Shown in pieces: positions 31,592 to 40,900 of a stretch of 50,523 nucleotides of DNA. The stretch comes from Cyanophora paradoxa CCMP329 (lineage: Eukaryota; Plantae; Glaucophyta): contig QPMI01000340.1 in NCBI GenBank assembly GCA_004431415.1, forward strand, positions 1-50,523. Reading direction: 5' to 3'. Each line of letters opens with the position of its first letter. Within the stretch, counting starts at the first letter, position 1. The notes under the pieces are model-generated. The model ran no database searches. It saw nothing but the letters and a program-made list of their open reading frames with translations, and was not told where the DNA came from. Made by a program: the position numbers and the translations under genes.

Positions 31592-34500
31592 TTGGATGAT
31601 TCGAAAAGTGCTAGTAGAGTAGTGGTAGTTAGTGGAAATCGTGGAAAATTGGAACAGAAATCCCTTTCGAATTTCTTTTCTGATGAGCTGCGATGGAAAC
31701 GAGATGCCCCTGCTAAAAAGCATTTTATATCATCTGCAAACAATTCGAAGCCGGTTTCCCTGAAGTTGTCTTTTGATGATAATGGCCGAGCCTCAATTGA
31801 AATTTGTTCTCTGGACTCCCAGAGCCCTCCTGCTGAGCCTGCATTCGCAGGGCCGCGTCGCTTCATGACCTCAGCTCCGGGGAGGTCAACTCTGGACGTT
31901 GTCATTCAGGGCAAACATCACAAATTCCTTCTCGACAGCGGGGCAGATGTCTCTTTCATTCTTTCTTCTACAATCTCTTCTCTTGGACTTCAAAATAAGG
32001 TGTTTAGAACTATTCACACTCCTTCTGTCAAGCTCCCGAATTCTGCATTGGTGGCTGTTCCTGGTGAGGTTCATGTGGCTGCTACTATTGGGCCCCTCAC
32101 CCGGAGTTTTCCTTTTCTTGTGGTTGATTTCCCGGGATACGCATTCGATGGCATCTTAGGCCAAGATTTCTTTTCTGATAATGGAGTCACCTATTGCAAT
32201 AAGGACGCTGACAACCGATTTGTGGTCTTCGCCAAGCACCCAGACAAGCCAGTTAAGTGTGGAATTCTCTCTTTCTTACCTGGCACCTCTACGCAGCCGA
32301 GTTCTCTGTCGCCGGAGACACCGGAATCTGACCCCTTGGACGACTCCAGCGCTCGCAGAGTGTCCAAGGAGCATGGTCATATTCTGGAGGTTGCAAGGGA
32401 GGTTAAAATTGAACCTGGTGTGCAACGGAAGGTTGAACTGCAAGTCGGAGGCAACCACTATTTGCCGGATTGTGAAGGTTTTCTTGTCAACTTCTACAAA
32501 TGGGACGACAATCAGGAGGTCCGTGTGGCAAACGGGCTTGCTGCGTGTCGTGGAGGCAAAGTATATGCTTTAGTTTCGAATTTGAGCAATCGTTTTTCTG
32601 AGAAACCAGTTGTTTTGAAGAAGGGCCGTGCAATCGCACGATTTGTCCCTGAGAAAAATCTCGAAGCTGAAGTATTTGACTTGGCTCTAAATTTGAGTTA
32701 TGATCAAGATGGGAACGGCAAGTATGTGAAGGTCGACCGGCCTGGCGAGGTTCCGTCGCCTTCGAGCTCAACATACTCTGCTCAGTACACTTGCGCAGAC
32801 TCATTGCAAGTCAACTCTGCCGATGCCAAACATGTTGACAATTCTTTCGTGGAAATCGCGCCTCCAAAACGTTCACCGGAGTCCGAGAATGCTTCGAAAA
32901 ATGTTTTTGATAGAGTAGGTCTTCCCGAGTGTTCATATCCATATGAGGAGAAGTTAGGTAGTTTTTCGCATTTGAACGCTGTTCCGATCGATCAAGCTTC
33001 GACTGTTATTTTTGATGAATTGCGGCAACGATATGGCGCCGACATTATTGATGCTCTCCGGGCCGTCGACATTGGCAGTCGGGATGATACGCCTGCGGAG
33101 CGTGCTGTTATGGCTGACTTCCTTGCACAGAACTGGGACTTGGCCAAGGCTGCGCTACCTCCGTACGACCCAAGTGCGCCTCATCCCCCGATCAAGCAAT
33201 CGATCAAGACTGGGGACGCCCGCCCCATCGCGGAGCCCCCTCGGAGGCACTCGCAGACTGAACGAGAATTAATTATCGATGAGACCAAAAAGTTGCTTTC
33301 TCGCAATCTTATTCGTCCCTCTCGCTCACCTTGGGCCGCTCCTGTGGTCCTTGTGCGCAAGAAGGATGGATCTCTTCGATTTTGCATTGATTATCGCAAA
33401 TTGAATTCAGTTACTGCGGACGACGCTTATCCTTTGCCTAGAATTGATGATGCTCTTGAAGCTTTGACTGGAGCAATTTATATTACTGGTATGGATGCCC
33501 CTGATGGCTATTGGGGAATTGAAATGGAGGAGGAGGACAAGGAGAAGACTGCTTTCCGGTCTCCCCTTGGACTTTTTGAATGGAATGTTATGCCCCAAGG
33601 CCTAGAGACGGCCCCTGCCACTTTTCAAATGATGATGAACAGCGTTCTTGGCACTTATTTATATGTATTCATTTTGGTATATTTGGACGACATATGTGTA
33701 TTTTCGAAATCCTTGAAGCAGCACCTTGCTGATCTTCAGTGGGTGTTTGATGCAATGAGACGGGCAAACATCTTCTTTAAGCCCAAGAAATCGAAGTTTT
33801 TCAAGGCTGAATTGGAGTATCTTGGATTTGTAGTTACTAGACAGGGCATCAAGCCCTCTGCCACAAAGGTGGAGGCTGTTCGCAAGTTTGCGACACCCAA
33901 ATCTGTATCAGAAGTTAGGACTTTTCTTGGAATGACTGGATATTATAGAATCTTTGTACCTCTATATGCAGTTCTTGCGGCGCCACTTTATGATCTTTGC
34001 GCCAAGAGTTCACATTTTCATTGGACTGCTCGAGAGGATCTGGCTTTTCGAAAATTAAAAGAGTTGCTTTGTTCTGCTCCCATCCTTTCGCTTCCTGATT
34101 TCTCTAAATCTTTCATTCTCAAGACTGATGCTTCTAAGACCGGAGTTGGTGCGGTCCTTTCTCAATTGGATGAATTTGGGAATGAAAAAGTTGTTTCTTT
34201 CACTTCTCACAAATTCTCATCTCCTGAGAAGAAATGGAATCGGGAAGTTGTTATTGAATATGCAGCTGAGTCCCTTTCTGATGAGCAGCAGAAGTGGACG
34301 GTCGCGGAGCAAGAGTTGTATGCAATTTGGTGGGCTGTCACCAAGAAGTTCCCTCAGTATCTCCGTGGCAAGAAGTTCATTATCAAGTCGGATCACTCGG
34401 CTCTTCAATATTTGAAATCGGCTAAGAAGTTGCCCAGTGCTCGCATCACTCGCTGGATTATGGATATGCAGGAGTTTGATTTCGAGATCCAGCACAAGCC

Positions 34501-35917
34501 TGGCAAATCTAATGCCGATGCGGATGCTCTTTCTCGCCTTGTGCGAGTAGCAGTTCTTTCCTTGGAAGCGATGGAGTTTTCTTCTAATTTTTCGAGCGCT
34601 TTCTTGGATGCGATTGAGTTGCAGTTGAGTTTGCCCCCGGCTCGAATTCGGGATGAGCAGATAAATGATGTTATTTTGGCGGATATGATCAAGTATTTTG
34701 AATCGGATATTACAATTGAACCACAAGGTGTCAACAAGGAGGCCGAACGCCAACTCAAGAGTGGCAAGTTTTCTGTGCAAGATGGCGTTCTCGTCCACAC
34801 TCGGCCTTCGGACGAACTTGTGCGTATTTGCGTACCCGATCAACTTAAATCGATTATTGTGTCTTCGGTACACCGCACGCTCGGACATCCCGGAGTCGGC
34901 CAGATGTACAATCATCTCAAGCGGCGGTACTATTGGCGGAGCATGTTCTCTGATGTCGCTACATTTGTTTCGACATGCGCCGATTGCCAACGTGTCAAGA
35001 ATTCCAAGACTGTTCAAGCGGTTCCTCAATTTGAGATTCATGCTGACCGGCCGATGCAACACTTGGAAATTGACATCGTCGGGCCTTTTCCGAAGTCGAA
35101 ACAAGGCAACAAGTATCTGATTACTATTATCGATGTTTTTACGCGTTGGTGCCATGCGGTGCCCGCGCGAACGAAGTCGGCTATGTTTGTCGTTCGGGCG
35201 TTGTTCGACCACTGGATTCCCCTGCATGGAGTCCCCGCCAAGATTTCGTCGGATCAGGGCGGCGAATTCAAGAATTTGCTTCTTAATGAACTGGAGCGTC
35301 TTTTCGGAATAAAGGCGGTCTTTTCTTCTTCTTATCATCCGCAGTCTCAAGGTGCTGTGGAAAAATTGAATGACACTTTGGTTACTCGTCTACGGTTTTA
35401 TATTGACAAAAACGCTTCAACATGGGATCTCTCTCTTCCATTTGCGCTCTTCGCAGTGCGCAATTTCGTTAATCCTACCACGGGCTACACTCCTTTCGAA
35501 ATGTTGTACGGAAGGCCTTGTACTCTTCCTGTGGACTTGCTGGCTACTCCTGAAGTTCAAGTGACAACTTCGGAGCCTACTGGTTACCCAGCCGTGTTGG
35601 CTCGGCGGTTCTCTCGCATTTATACCGATATTCAGCAAGCTAAGGAGGAATATCTTGCCAAGCAGCAGCAGCGGCCTTCTCAACCAGTTTTCATTCCTGG
35701 AGAAGTTGTTGCTGTGAAGACCCCTTCCACTCGGCGGTCTGATAAGCTTTCCCATCGTTTCACTGGACCTTGGACGGTGCTTAAAGATGTTTCTCATGGC
35801 AAGGGAGTTACTTTCTTGCTGGAGTATTCTGGGCCTAAGGAGCGTGGTTCTCCTGCTGAGGGCTCGCGTCAGATGGTTCATGCCTCTCGGCTCAAGCCTT
35901 GGAGGGACCCTGATTGA
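31592..35917 (+). CDS. pol: Pol polyprotein (protease, RT, RNase H, integrase with GPY/F-like tail, no chromodomain). The true N-terminus lies upstream, across a 1-bp lesion at ~31548.
   Basis: LLDSGA, YLDD, TDAS, HHCC, D-D-E motifs and KLSHRFTGPW; 1441 uninterrupted codons. Confidence 0.97.
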   Translation: MDDSKSASRVVVVSGNRGKLEQKSLSNFFSDELRWKRDAPAKKHFISSANNSKPVSLKLSFDDNGRASIEICSLDSQSPPAEPAFAGPRRFMTSAPGRSTLDVVIQGKHHKFLLDSGADVSFILSSTISSLGLQNKVFRTIHTPSVKLPNSALVAVPGEVHVAATIGPLTRSFPFLVVDFPGYAFDGILGQDFFSDNGVTYCNKDADNRFVVFAKHPDKPVKCGILSFLPGTSTQPSSLSPETPESDPLDDSSARRVSKEHGHILEVAREVKIEPGVQRKVELQVGGNHYLPDCEGFLVNFYKWDDNQEVRVANGLAACRGGKVYALVSNLSNRFSEKPVVLKKGRAIARFVPEKNLEAEVFDLALNLSYDQDGNGKYVKVDRPGEVPSPSSSTYSAQYTCADSLQVNSADAKHVDNSFVEIAPPKRSPESENASKNVFDRVGLPECSYPYEEKLGSFSHLNAVPIDQASTVIFDELRQRYGADIIDALRAVDIGSRDDTPAERAVMADFLAQNWDLAKAALPPYDPSAPHPPIKQSIKTGDARPIAEPPRRHSQTERELIIDETKKLLSRNLIRPSRSPWAAPVVLVRKKDGSLRFCIDYRKLNSVTADDAYPLPRIDDALEALTGAIYITGMDAPDGYWGIEMEEEDKEKTAFRSPLGLFEWNVMPQGLETAPATFQMMMNSVLGTYLYVFILVYLDDICVFSKSLKQHLADLQWVFDAMRRANIFFKPKKSKFFKAELEYLGFVVTRQGIKPSATKVEAVRKFATPKSVSEVRTFLGMTGYYRIFVPLYAVLAAPLYDLCAKSSHFHWTAREDLAFRKLKELLCSAPILSLPDFSKSFILKTDASKTGVGAVLSQLDEFGNEKVVSFTSHKFSSPEKKWNREVVIEYAAESLSDEQQKWTVAEQELYAIWWAVTKKFPQYLRGKKFIIKSDHSALQYLKSAKKLPSARITRWIMDMQEFDFEIQHKPGKSNADADALSRLVRVAVLSLEAMEFSSNFSSAFLDAIELQLSLPPARIRDEQINDVILADMIKYFESDITIEPQGVNKEAERQLKSGKFSVQDGVLVHTRPSDELVRICVPDQLKSIIVSSVHRTLGHPGVGQMYNHLKRRYYWRSMFSDVATFVSTCADCQRVKNSKTVQAVPQFEIHADRPMQHLEIDIVGPFPKSKQGNKYLITIIDVFTRWCHAVPARTKSAMFVVRALFDHWIPLHGVPAKISSDQGGEFKNLLLNELERLFGIKAVFSSSYHPQSQGAVEKLNDTLVTRLRFYIDKNASTWDLSLPFALFAVRNFVNPTTGYTPFEMLYGRPCTLPVDLLATPEVQVTTSEPTGYPAVLARRFSRIYTDIQQAKEEYLAKQQQRPSQPVFIPGEVVAVKTPSTRRSDKLSHRFTGPWTVLKDVSHGKGVTFLLEYSGPKERGSPAEGSRQMVHASRLKPWRDPD

Positions 35918-35989
35918 TCTCTTTCTTTTCTTTTCCTTCCTTGGGCTTGGCCAGCGCGGACGTGGCCTTTTTCTTACTTGGAGGAGAGT

Positions 35990-36190
35990 TGTTGCGAAGC
36001 GTAGTTCCCCTTCCCTTTCGCCGTAGCGAATGTAGCATGTACGCTAGGGATACTCCGTCCCTTGTGTAGGGGTATGTTATTCAATCATACACGGATATTA
36101 CGCGTGTGTGCACGTGCGTCCCGGCACGGCACTGCACCGTGTGCGGAAGTGGCTAGAACCCATCGTATAGCTATTAGCAGCTTCTTATCA
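35990..36190 (+). repeat. 3' LTR
   Basis: Direct repeat of 29395-29595, preceded by the PPT. Confidence 0.97.
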
Positions 36191-36455
36191 GGGCCTTTGA
36201 CTGAGTGACTTGCGGGTGGGTGGGTCATCTGCCTAAAGCTAGCGCCTTCTGCATATTCCCCCAGAGAGATTTGGGGTGCATCTTTCTTCGATTTTGTGGC
36301 TGATTGGAAACCTGGGGCCTTCGACTGAGTGACTTGCAGGTGGGTGGGTCATCTTTCTAAGGCTAGCGCCTTGTGCATATTCCCCGGAATGAACCCAGAA
36401 ATCAGTCAAATCCCTAAAGAGTCTGTGGGTGTCCCACTCGGAATTTCTGAGCCTC
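36191..36455. repeat. ~1.6 SatB monomers followed by a strongly diverged inverted SatA piece
   Basis: SatB to ~36385, then TGAACCCAG..GTCCCACTCGGAA..GAGCCTC. Confidence 0.85.
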
Positions 36456-36465
36456 TTCCAACAAA

Positions 36466-37299
36466 TTAAAACGGGTCCTGGCAGAAGGACTTGATTATAG
36501 ATTGCTCTGCAGGGGATAAGTAGGCCCAGTACTTGTGGACAGCAAATGGTTTTTCGTAAAAAACTGTTTCAACAGCAAATCGCATAGCAGTTTCAGGGCT
36601 TGGGAGCCTGCAACCGAACTCTTCTGCATGGGTTTGACATATTATTCCCCACAGACAGTCTTCAGCCCCATCAATGTGTGAACCATACCTCTCATAAGCA
36701 ACATCTTCGACTTTTTTGAACCCATCCCCCAAGCTGTCGAGAATGCGCAACATCATGGACTTGTTCCGATAAGACAGCCCACCATTCCCTACACGAATAC
36801 GTCCACTTTTCCATGGTGCTCCAACAATATCATAGGAATTCCAGTTCTCGATAGAATCGACGCTTGATTCGCAGAGAAAAGAGTCAGACTGGAATATAAG
36901 AACCTTCTCGGTTTCAATGACACTCCAAAACCACACAGTTTTCAGTAAATGATTGTAAAGCGACAAAGATAACGGTTGAAACTTTTGTGGTAACGGAACG
37001 AGCTTTATTTTACCAAAACGCACATTAAGCCCGAAACTGTTTCGAAGAAAGCTTTCTTTGTCAATATCGTACATAATTACAATGCACCAATTATCAGGCA
37101 ACTTTCGAAGTATATTCGCAATGATTGAAAAAAGCTGTTTGGACACCGGCCCAAGTGTTGTTACGGCTGTTCCGCCGGAGCAATCATGCCCTTGTACGCT
37201 TCTATCAACCGAGGACTGTGGATTATTGGTGAGGGTGTGATGAAGTAAAGTGAAGAGACAAAGAGTCAAACACAACACCAGCAGTCTCAATTTTATCAT
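36466..37299 (-). CDS. Second DUF5672-family putative glycosyltransferase with signal anchor (277 aa)
   Basis: VLIFQSDSFLCESS, YDIVGAPW, VGNGGLSYRN, AEDCLW, RFAVET, HKYWAY and a terminal FCQDPF, shared with 14750-15622. Confidence 0.87.
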   Translation of the reverse strand: MIKLRLLVLCLTLCLFTLLHHTLTNNPQSSVDRSVQGHDCSGGTAVTTLGPVSKQLFSIIANILRKLPDNWCIVIMYDIDKESFLRNSFGLNVRFGKIKLVPLPQKFQPLSLSLYNHLLKTVWFWSVIETEKVLIFQSDSFLCESSVDSIENWNSYDIVGAPWKSGRIRVGNGGLSYRNKSMMLRILDSLGDGFKKVEDVAYERYGSHIDGAEDCLWGIICQTHAEEFGCRLPSPETAMRFAVETVFYEKPFAVHKYWAYLSPAEQSIIKSFCQDPF

Positions 37300-37336
37300 G
37301 TTTGAGACTCGTTTGGAGACTTGTTTGGGTGTTTGA

Positions 37337-37875
37337 CTTAGGCAGATGACCCACCCTCCAGCAAGTCACTCAGTCGAAGGCCCCAGGTTTCCGATGTGCC
37401 ACAAAATAGAAGAAAGAGGCACTTCAAATCTCTCTGGGGGGATATGCACAAGGCGCTAGCCTTAGGCAGATGACCCACCCACCAGCAAGTCACTCAGTCA
37501 AAGGCCCCTGGTTTCCGATCTGCCACAAAATAGAAGAAAGATGCACTTCAAATCTCTCTGGGGGAATATGCACAAGGCTCTAGCCTTAGGCAGATGACCC
37601 ACCCACCAGCAAGTCACTCAGTCGAAGGCCCCAGGTTTCCGATCTGCCACAAAATAGAAGAAAGATGCACCCCAAATTTCTCTGGGGGAATATGCACAAG
37701 GCGCTAGCCTTAGGCAGATGACCCACCCACCAGCAAGTCACTCAGTCAAAGGCCCCAGGTTTCCGATCTGCCACAAAATAGAAGAAGGATGCACCCCAAA
37801 TCTCTCTGGGGGAATATGCACAAGGCACTAGCCTTAGGAAGATGAACCCACCCACCAGCAAGTCACTCAGTCGAG
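37337..37875 (-). repeat. ~4.3 inverted SatB monomers
   Basis: Reverse complement of the main array monomer. Confidence 0.95.
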
Positions 37876-37974
37876 GGTCATCTTCCTTGCTGGTGCTGGT
37901 GTCACTCACTCAGAGGCCCCAGGTTTCTGATCTCTGACAAAAAAGAAGAAAAATGCACCCCAAATCACTCAGTC

Positions 37975-40900
37975 CTGGGGCCTTCGACTGAGTGACTTGC
38001 TGGTGGGTGGGTTATCTGCCTAAGGCTAGCGCCTTGTGCATATTCCCCCAAAGAGATTTAGGCTGCATCTTTCTTCTATTTTCTGGCAGATCGGAAACCT
38101 GGGGCCTTTGACTGAGTGACTTGCTGGTGGGTGGGTCATCTGCCTAAGGCTAGCGCCTTGTGCATATTCCCCCAGAGAGATTTGAAGTGCATCCTTTTTC
38201 TATTTTCTGGCACATCGGAAACCTGGGGCCTTCGACTGAGTGACTTGCTGGTGGGTGGGTCATCTGCCTAAGGCTAGCGCCTTGTGCATATTCCCCCAGA
38301 GAGATTTGAAGTGCATCCTTTTTCTATTTTCTGGCACATCGGAAACCTGGGGCCTTCGACTGAGTGACTTGCTGGTGGGTGGGTCATCTGCCTAAGGCTA
38401 GCGCCTTGTGCATATTCCCCCAGAGAGATTTGAAGTGCATCCTTCTTCTATTTTGTGGCAGATCGGAAACCTGGGGCCTTTGACTGAGTGACTTGCTGGT
38501 GGATGGGTCATCTGCCTAAGGCTAGCGCCTTGTGCATATTCCCCCAGAGAGATTTGAAGTGCATCCTTTTTCTATTTTCTGGCACATCGGAAACCTGGGG
38601 CCTTCGACTGAGTGACTTGCTGGTGGGTGGGTCATCTGCCTAAGGCTAGCACCTTGTGCATATTCCCCCAGAGAGATTTGAAGTGCATCCTTTTTCTATT
38701 TTCTGGCAGATCGGAAACCTGGGGCCTTTGACTGAGTGACTTGCTGGTGGGTGGGTCATCTGCCTAAGGCTAGCGCCTTGTGCATATTCCCCCAGAGAGA
38801 TTTGAAGTGCATCTTTCTTCTATTTTCTGGCAGACCGGAAACCTGGGGCCTTCGACTGAGTGTCTTGCTTTTGGGAGGGTCATCTTCCTAAGGCTAGCGC
38901 CTTGTGCATATTCCCCCAGAGAGATTTGGTGCATCTTTTTCTATTTTCTGGCAGATCGGAAACCTGGGGCCTTCGACTGAGTGACTTGCTGGTGGGTGGG
39001 TCATCTGCCTAAGGCTAGCGCCTTGTGCATATTCCCCCAGAGAGATTTGAAGTGCATCTTCTTCTATTTTGTGGCAGATCGGAAACCTGGGGCCTTTGAC
39101 TGAGTGACTTGCTGGTGGGTGGGTCATCTGCCTAAGGCTAGCGCCTTGTGCATATTCCCCCAGAGAGATTTGAAGTGCATCCTTTTTCTATTTTCTGGCA
39201 GATCGGAAACCTGGGGCCTTCGACTGAGTGACTTGCTGGTGGGTGGGTCATCTGCCTAAGGCTAGCGCCTTGTGCATATTCCCCCAGAGAGATTTGAGGT
39301 GCATCCTTCTTCTATTTTGTGGCAGATCGGAAACCTGGGGCCTTCGACTGAGTGACTTGCTGGTGGGTGGGTCATCTGCCTAAGGCTAGCGCCTTGTGCA
39401 TATTCCCCCAGAGAGATTTGAAGTGCATCCTTTTTCTATTTTTGGCAGATCGGAAACCTGGGGCCTTGACTGAGTGACTTGCTTGGGGGGTCATCTGCCT
39501 AAGGCTAGCGCCTTGTGCATATTCCCCAGAGAGATTTGGGTGCATCTTCTTTATTTTTGGCAGATCGAAACCTGGGGCCTTCGACTGAGTGACTTGCTTG
39601 TGGGTGGGTCATCTGCCTAAGGCTAGCGCCTTGTGCATATTCCCCCAGAGAGATTTGGGTGCATCTTTCTTCTATTTTGTGGCAGATCGGAAACCTGGGG
39701 CCTTCGACTGAGTGACTTGCTGGTGGGTGGGTCATCTGCCTAAGGCTAGCACCTTGTGCATATTCCCCCAGAGAGATTTGGGTGCATCCTTCTTCTATTT
39801 TTGGCAGATCGAAACCTGGGGCCTTCGACTGAGTGACTTGCTGGTGGGTGGGTCATCTGCCTAAGGCTAGCGCCTTGTGCATATTCCCCCAGAGAGATTT
39901 GAAGTGCATCTTTCTTCTATTTTGTGGCAGATCGGAAACCTGGGGCCTTCGACTGAGTGACTTGCTGGTGGGTGGGTCATCTGCCTAAGGCTAGCGCCTT
40001 GTGCATATTCCCCCAGAGAGATTTGGAGTGCATCTTTTTCTATTTTGTGGCAGATCGGAAACCTGGGGCCTTCGACTGAGTGACTTGCTGGTGGGTGGGT
40101 CATCTGCCTAAGGCTAGCGCCTTGTGCATATTCCCCCAGAGAGATTTGGGTGCATCTTCTTCTATTTTGTGGCAGATCGGAAACCTGGGGCCTTTGACTG
40201 AGTGACTTGCTGGTGGGTGGGTCATCTGCCTAAGGCTAGCGCCTTGTGCATATTCCCCCAGAGAGATTTGGGTGCATCCTTTTTCTATTTTGTGGCAGAT
40301 CGGAAACCTGGGGCCTTCGACTGAGTGACTTGCTGGTGGGTGGGTCATCTGCCTAAGGCTAGCGCCTTGTGCATATTCCCCCAGAGAGATTTGGGTGCAT
40401 CCTTCTTCTATTTTGTGGCAGATCGGAAACCTGGGGCCTTTGACTGAGTGACTTGCTGGTGGGTGGGTCATCTGCCTAAGGCTAGCGCCTTGTGCATATT
40501 CCCCCAGAGAGATTTGAAGTGCATCTTTCTTCTATTTTGTGGCAGATCGGAAACCTGGGGCCTTCGACTGAGTGACTTGCTGGTGGGTGGGTCATCTGCC
40601 TAAGGCTAGCGCCTTGTGCATATTCCCCCAGAGAGATTTGGGTGCATCCTTCTTCTATTTTTGGCAGATCGGAAACCTGGGGCCTTCGACTGAGTGACTT
40701 GCTGGTGGGTGGGTCATCTGCCTAAGGCTAGCGCCTTGTGCATATTCCCCCAGAGAGATTTGGGTGCATCTTTCTTCTATTTTGTGGCAGATCGGAAACC
40801 TGGGGCCTTCGACTGAGTGACTTGCTGGTGGGTGGGTCATCTGCCTAAGGCTAGCGCCTTGTGCATATTCCCCCAGAGAGATTTGAAGTGCATCTTTCTT

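Larger units (their letters stand above)
29395..36190 (+). mobile_element. Full-length Ty3/gypsy LTR retrotransposon (6796 bp), family 1a, inserted in SatB with a 4-bp TSD GGGC
   Basis: Two 201-bp TG..CA LTRs. GGGC at 29391-29394 and 36191-36194, and removing the element restores the SatB monomer. PPT GGAGGAGAG at ~35980. Domain order PR-RT-RH-INT. Confidence 0.98.

Noticed and set aside
34217-35350. Long antisense ORFs over gag/pol (also 30058-30966) and the overlapping sense-strand ORF 8585-9316
   Set aside because: Shadow frames of coding sequence; no motifs, and not preserved at the same length in the related copy.
35700-35990. Chromodomain or env gene after integrase
   Set aside because: Pol stops shortly after the GPY/F-like motif, and only ~70 bp separate it from the 3' LTR.
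14750-37299. Glyco-genes as retrocopies or cargo of the gypsy elements
   Set aside because: None lies between LTRs, and there are no convincing poly(A) tails or TSDs (only A7 at one stop). Lack of introns may be normal for this genome.
38090-38220. Hammerhead ribozyme in SatB (CTGAGTGA, GAAAC, GTC)
   Set aside because: The core has an extra base relative to CUGANGA, and stems I and II could not be paired by hand. An Infernal search would settle it.
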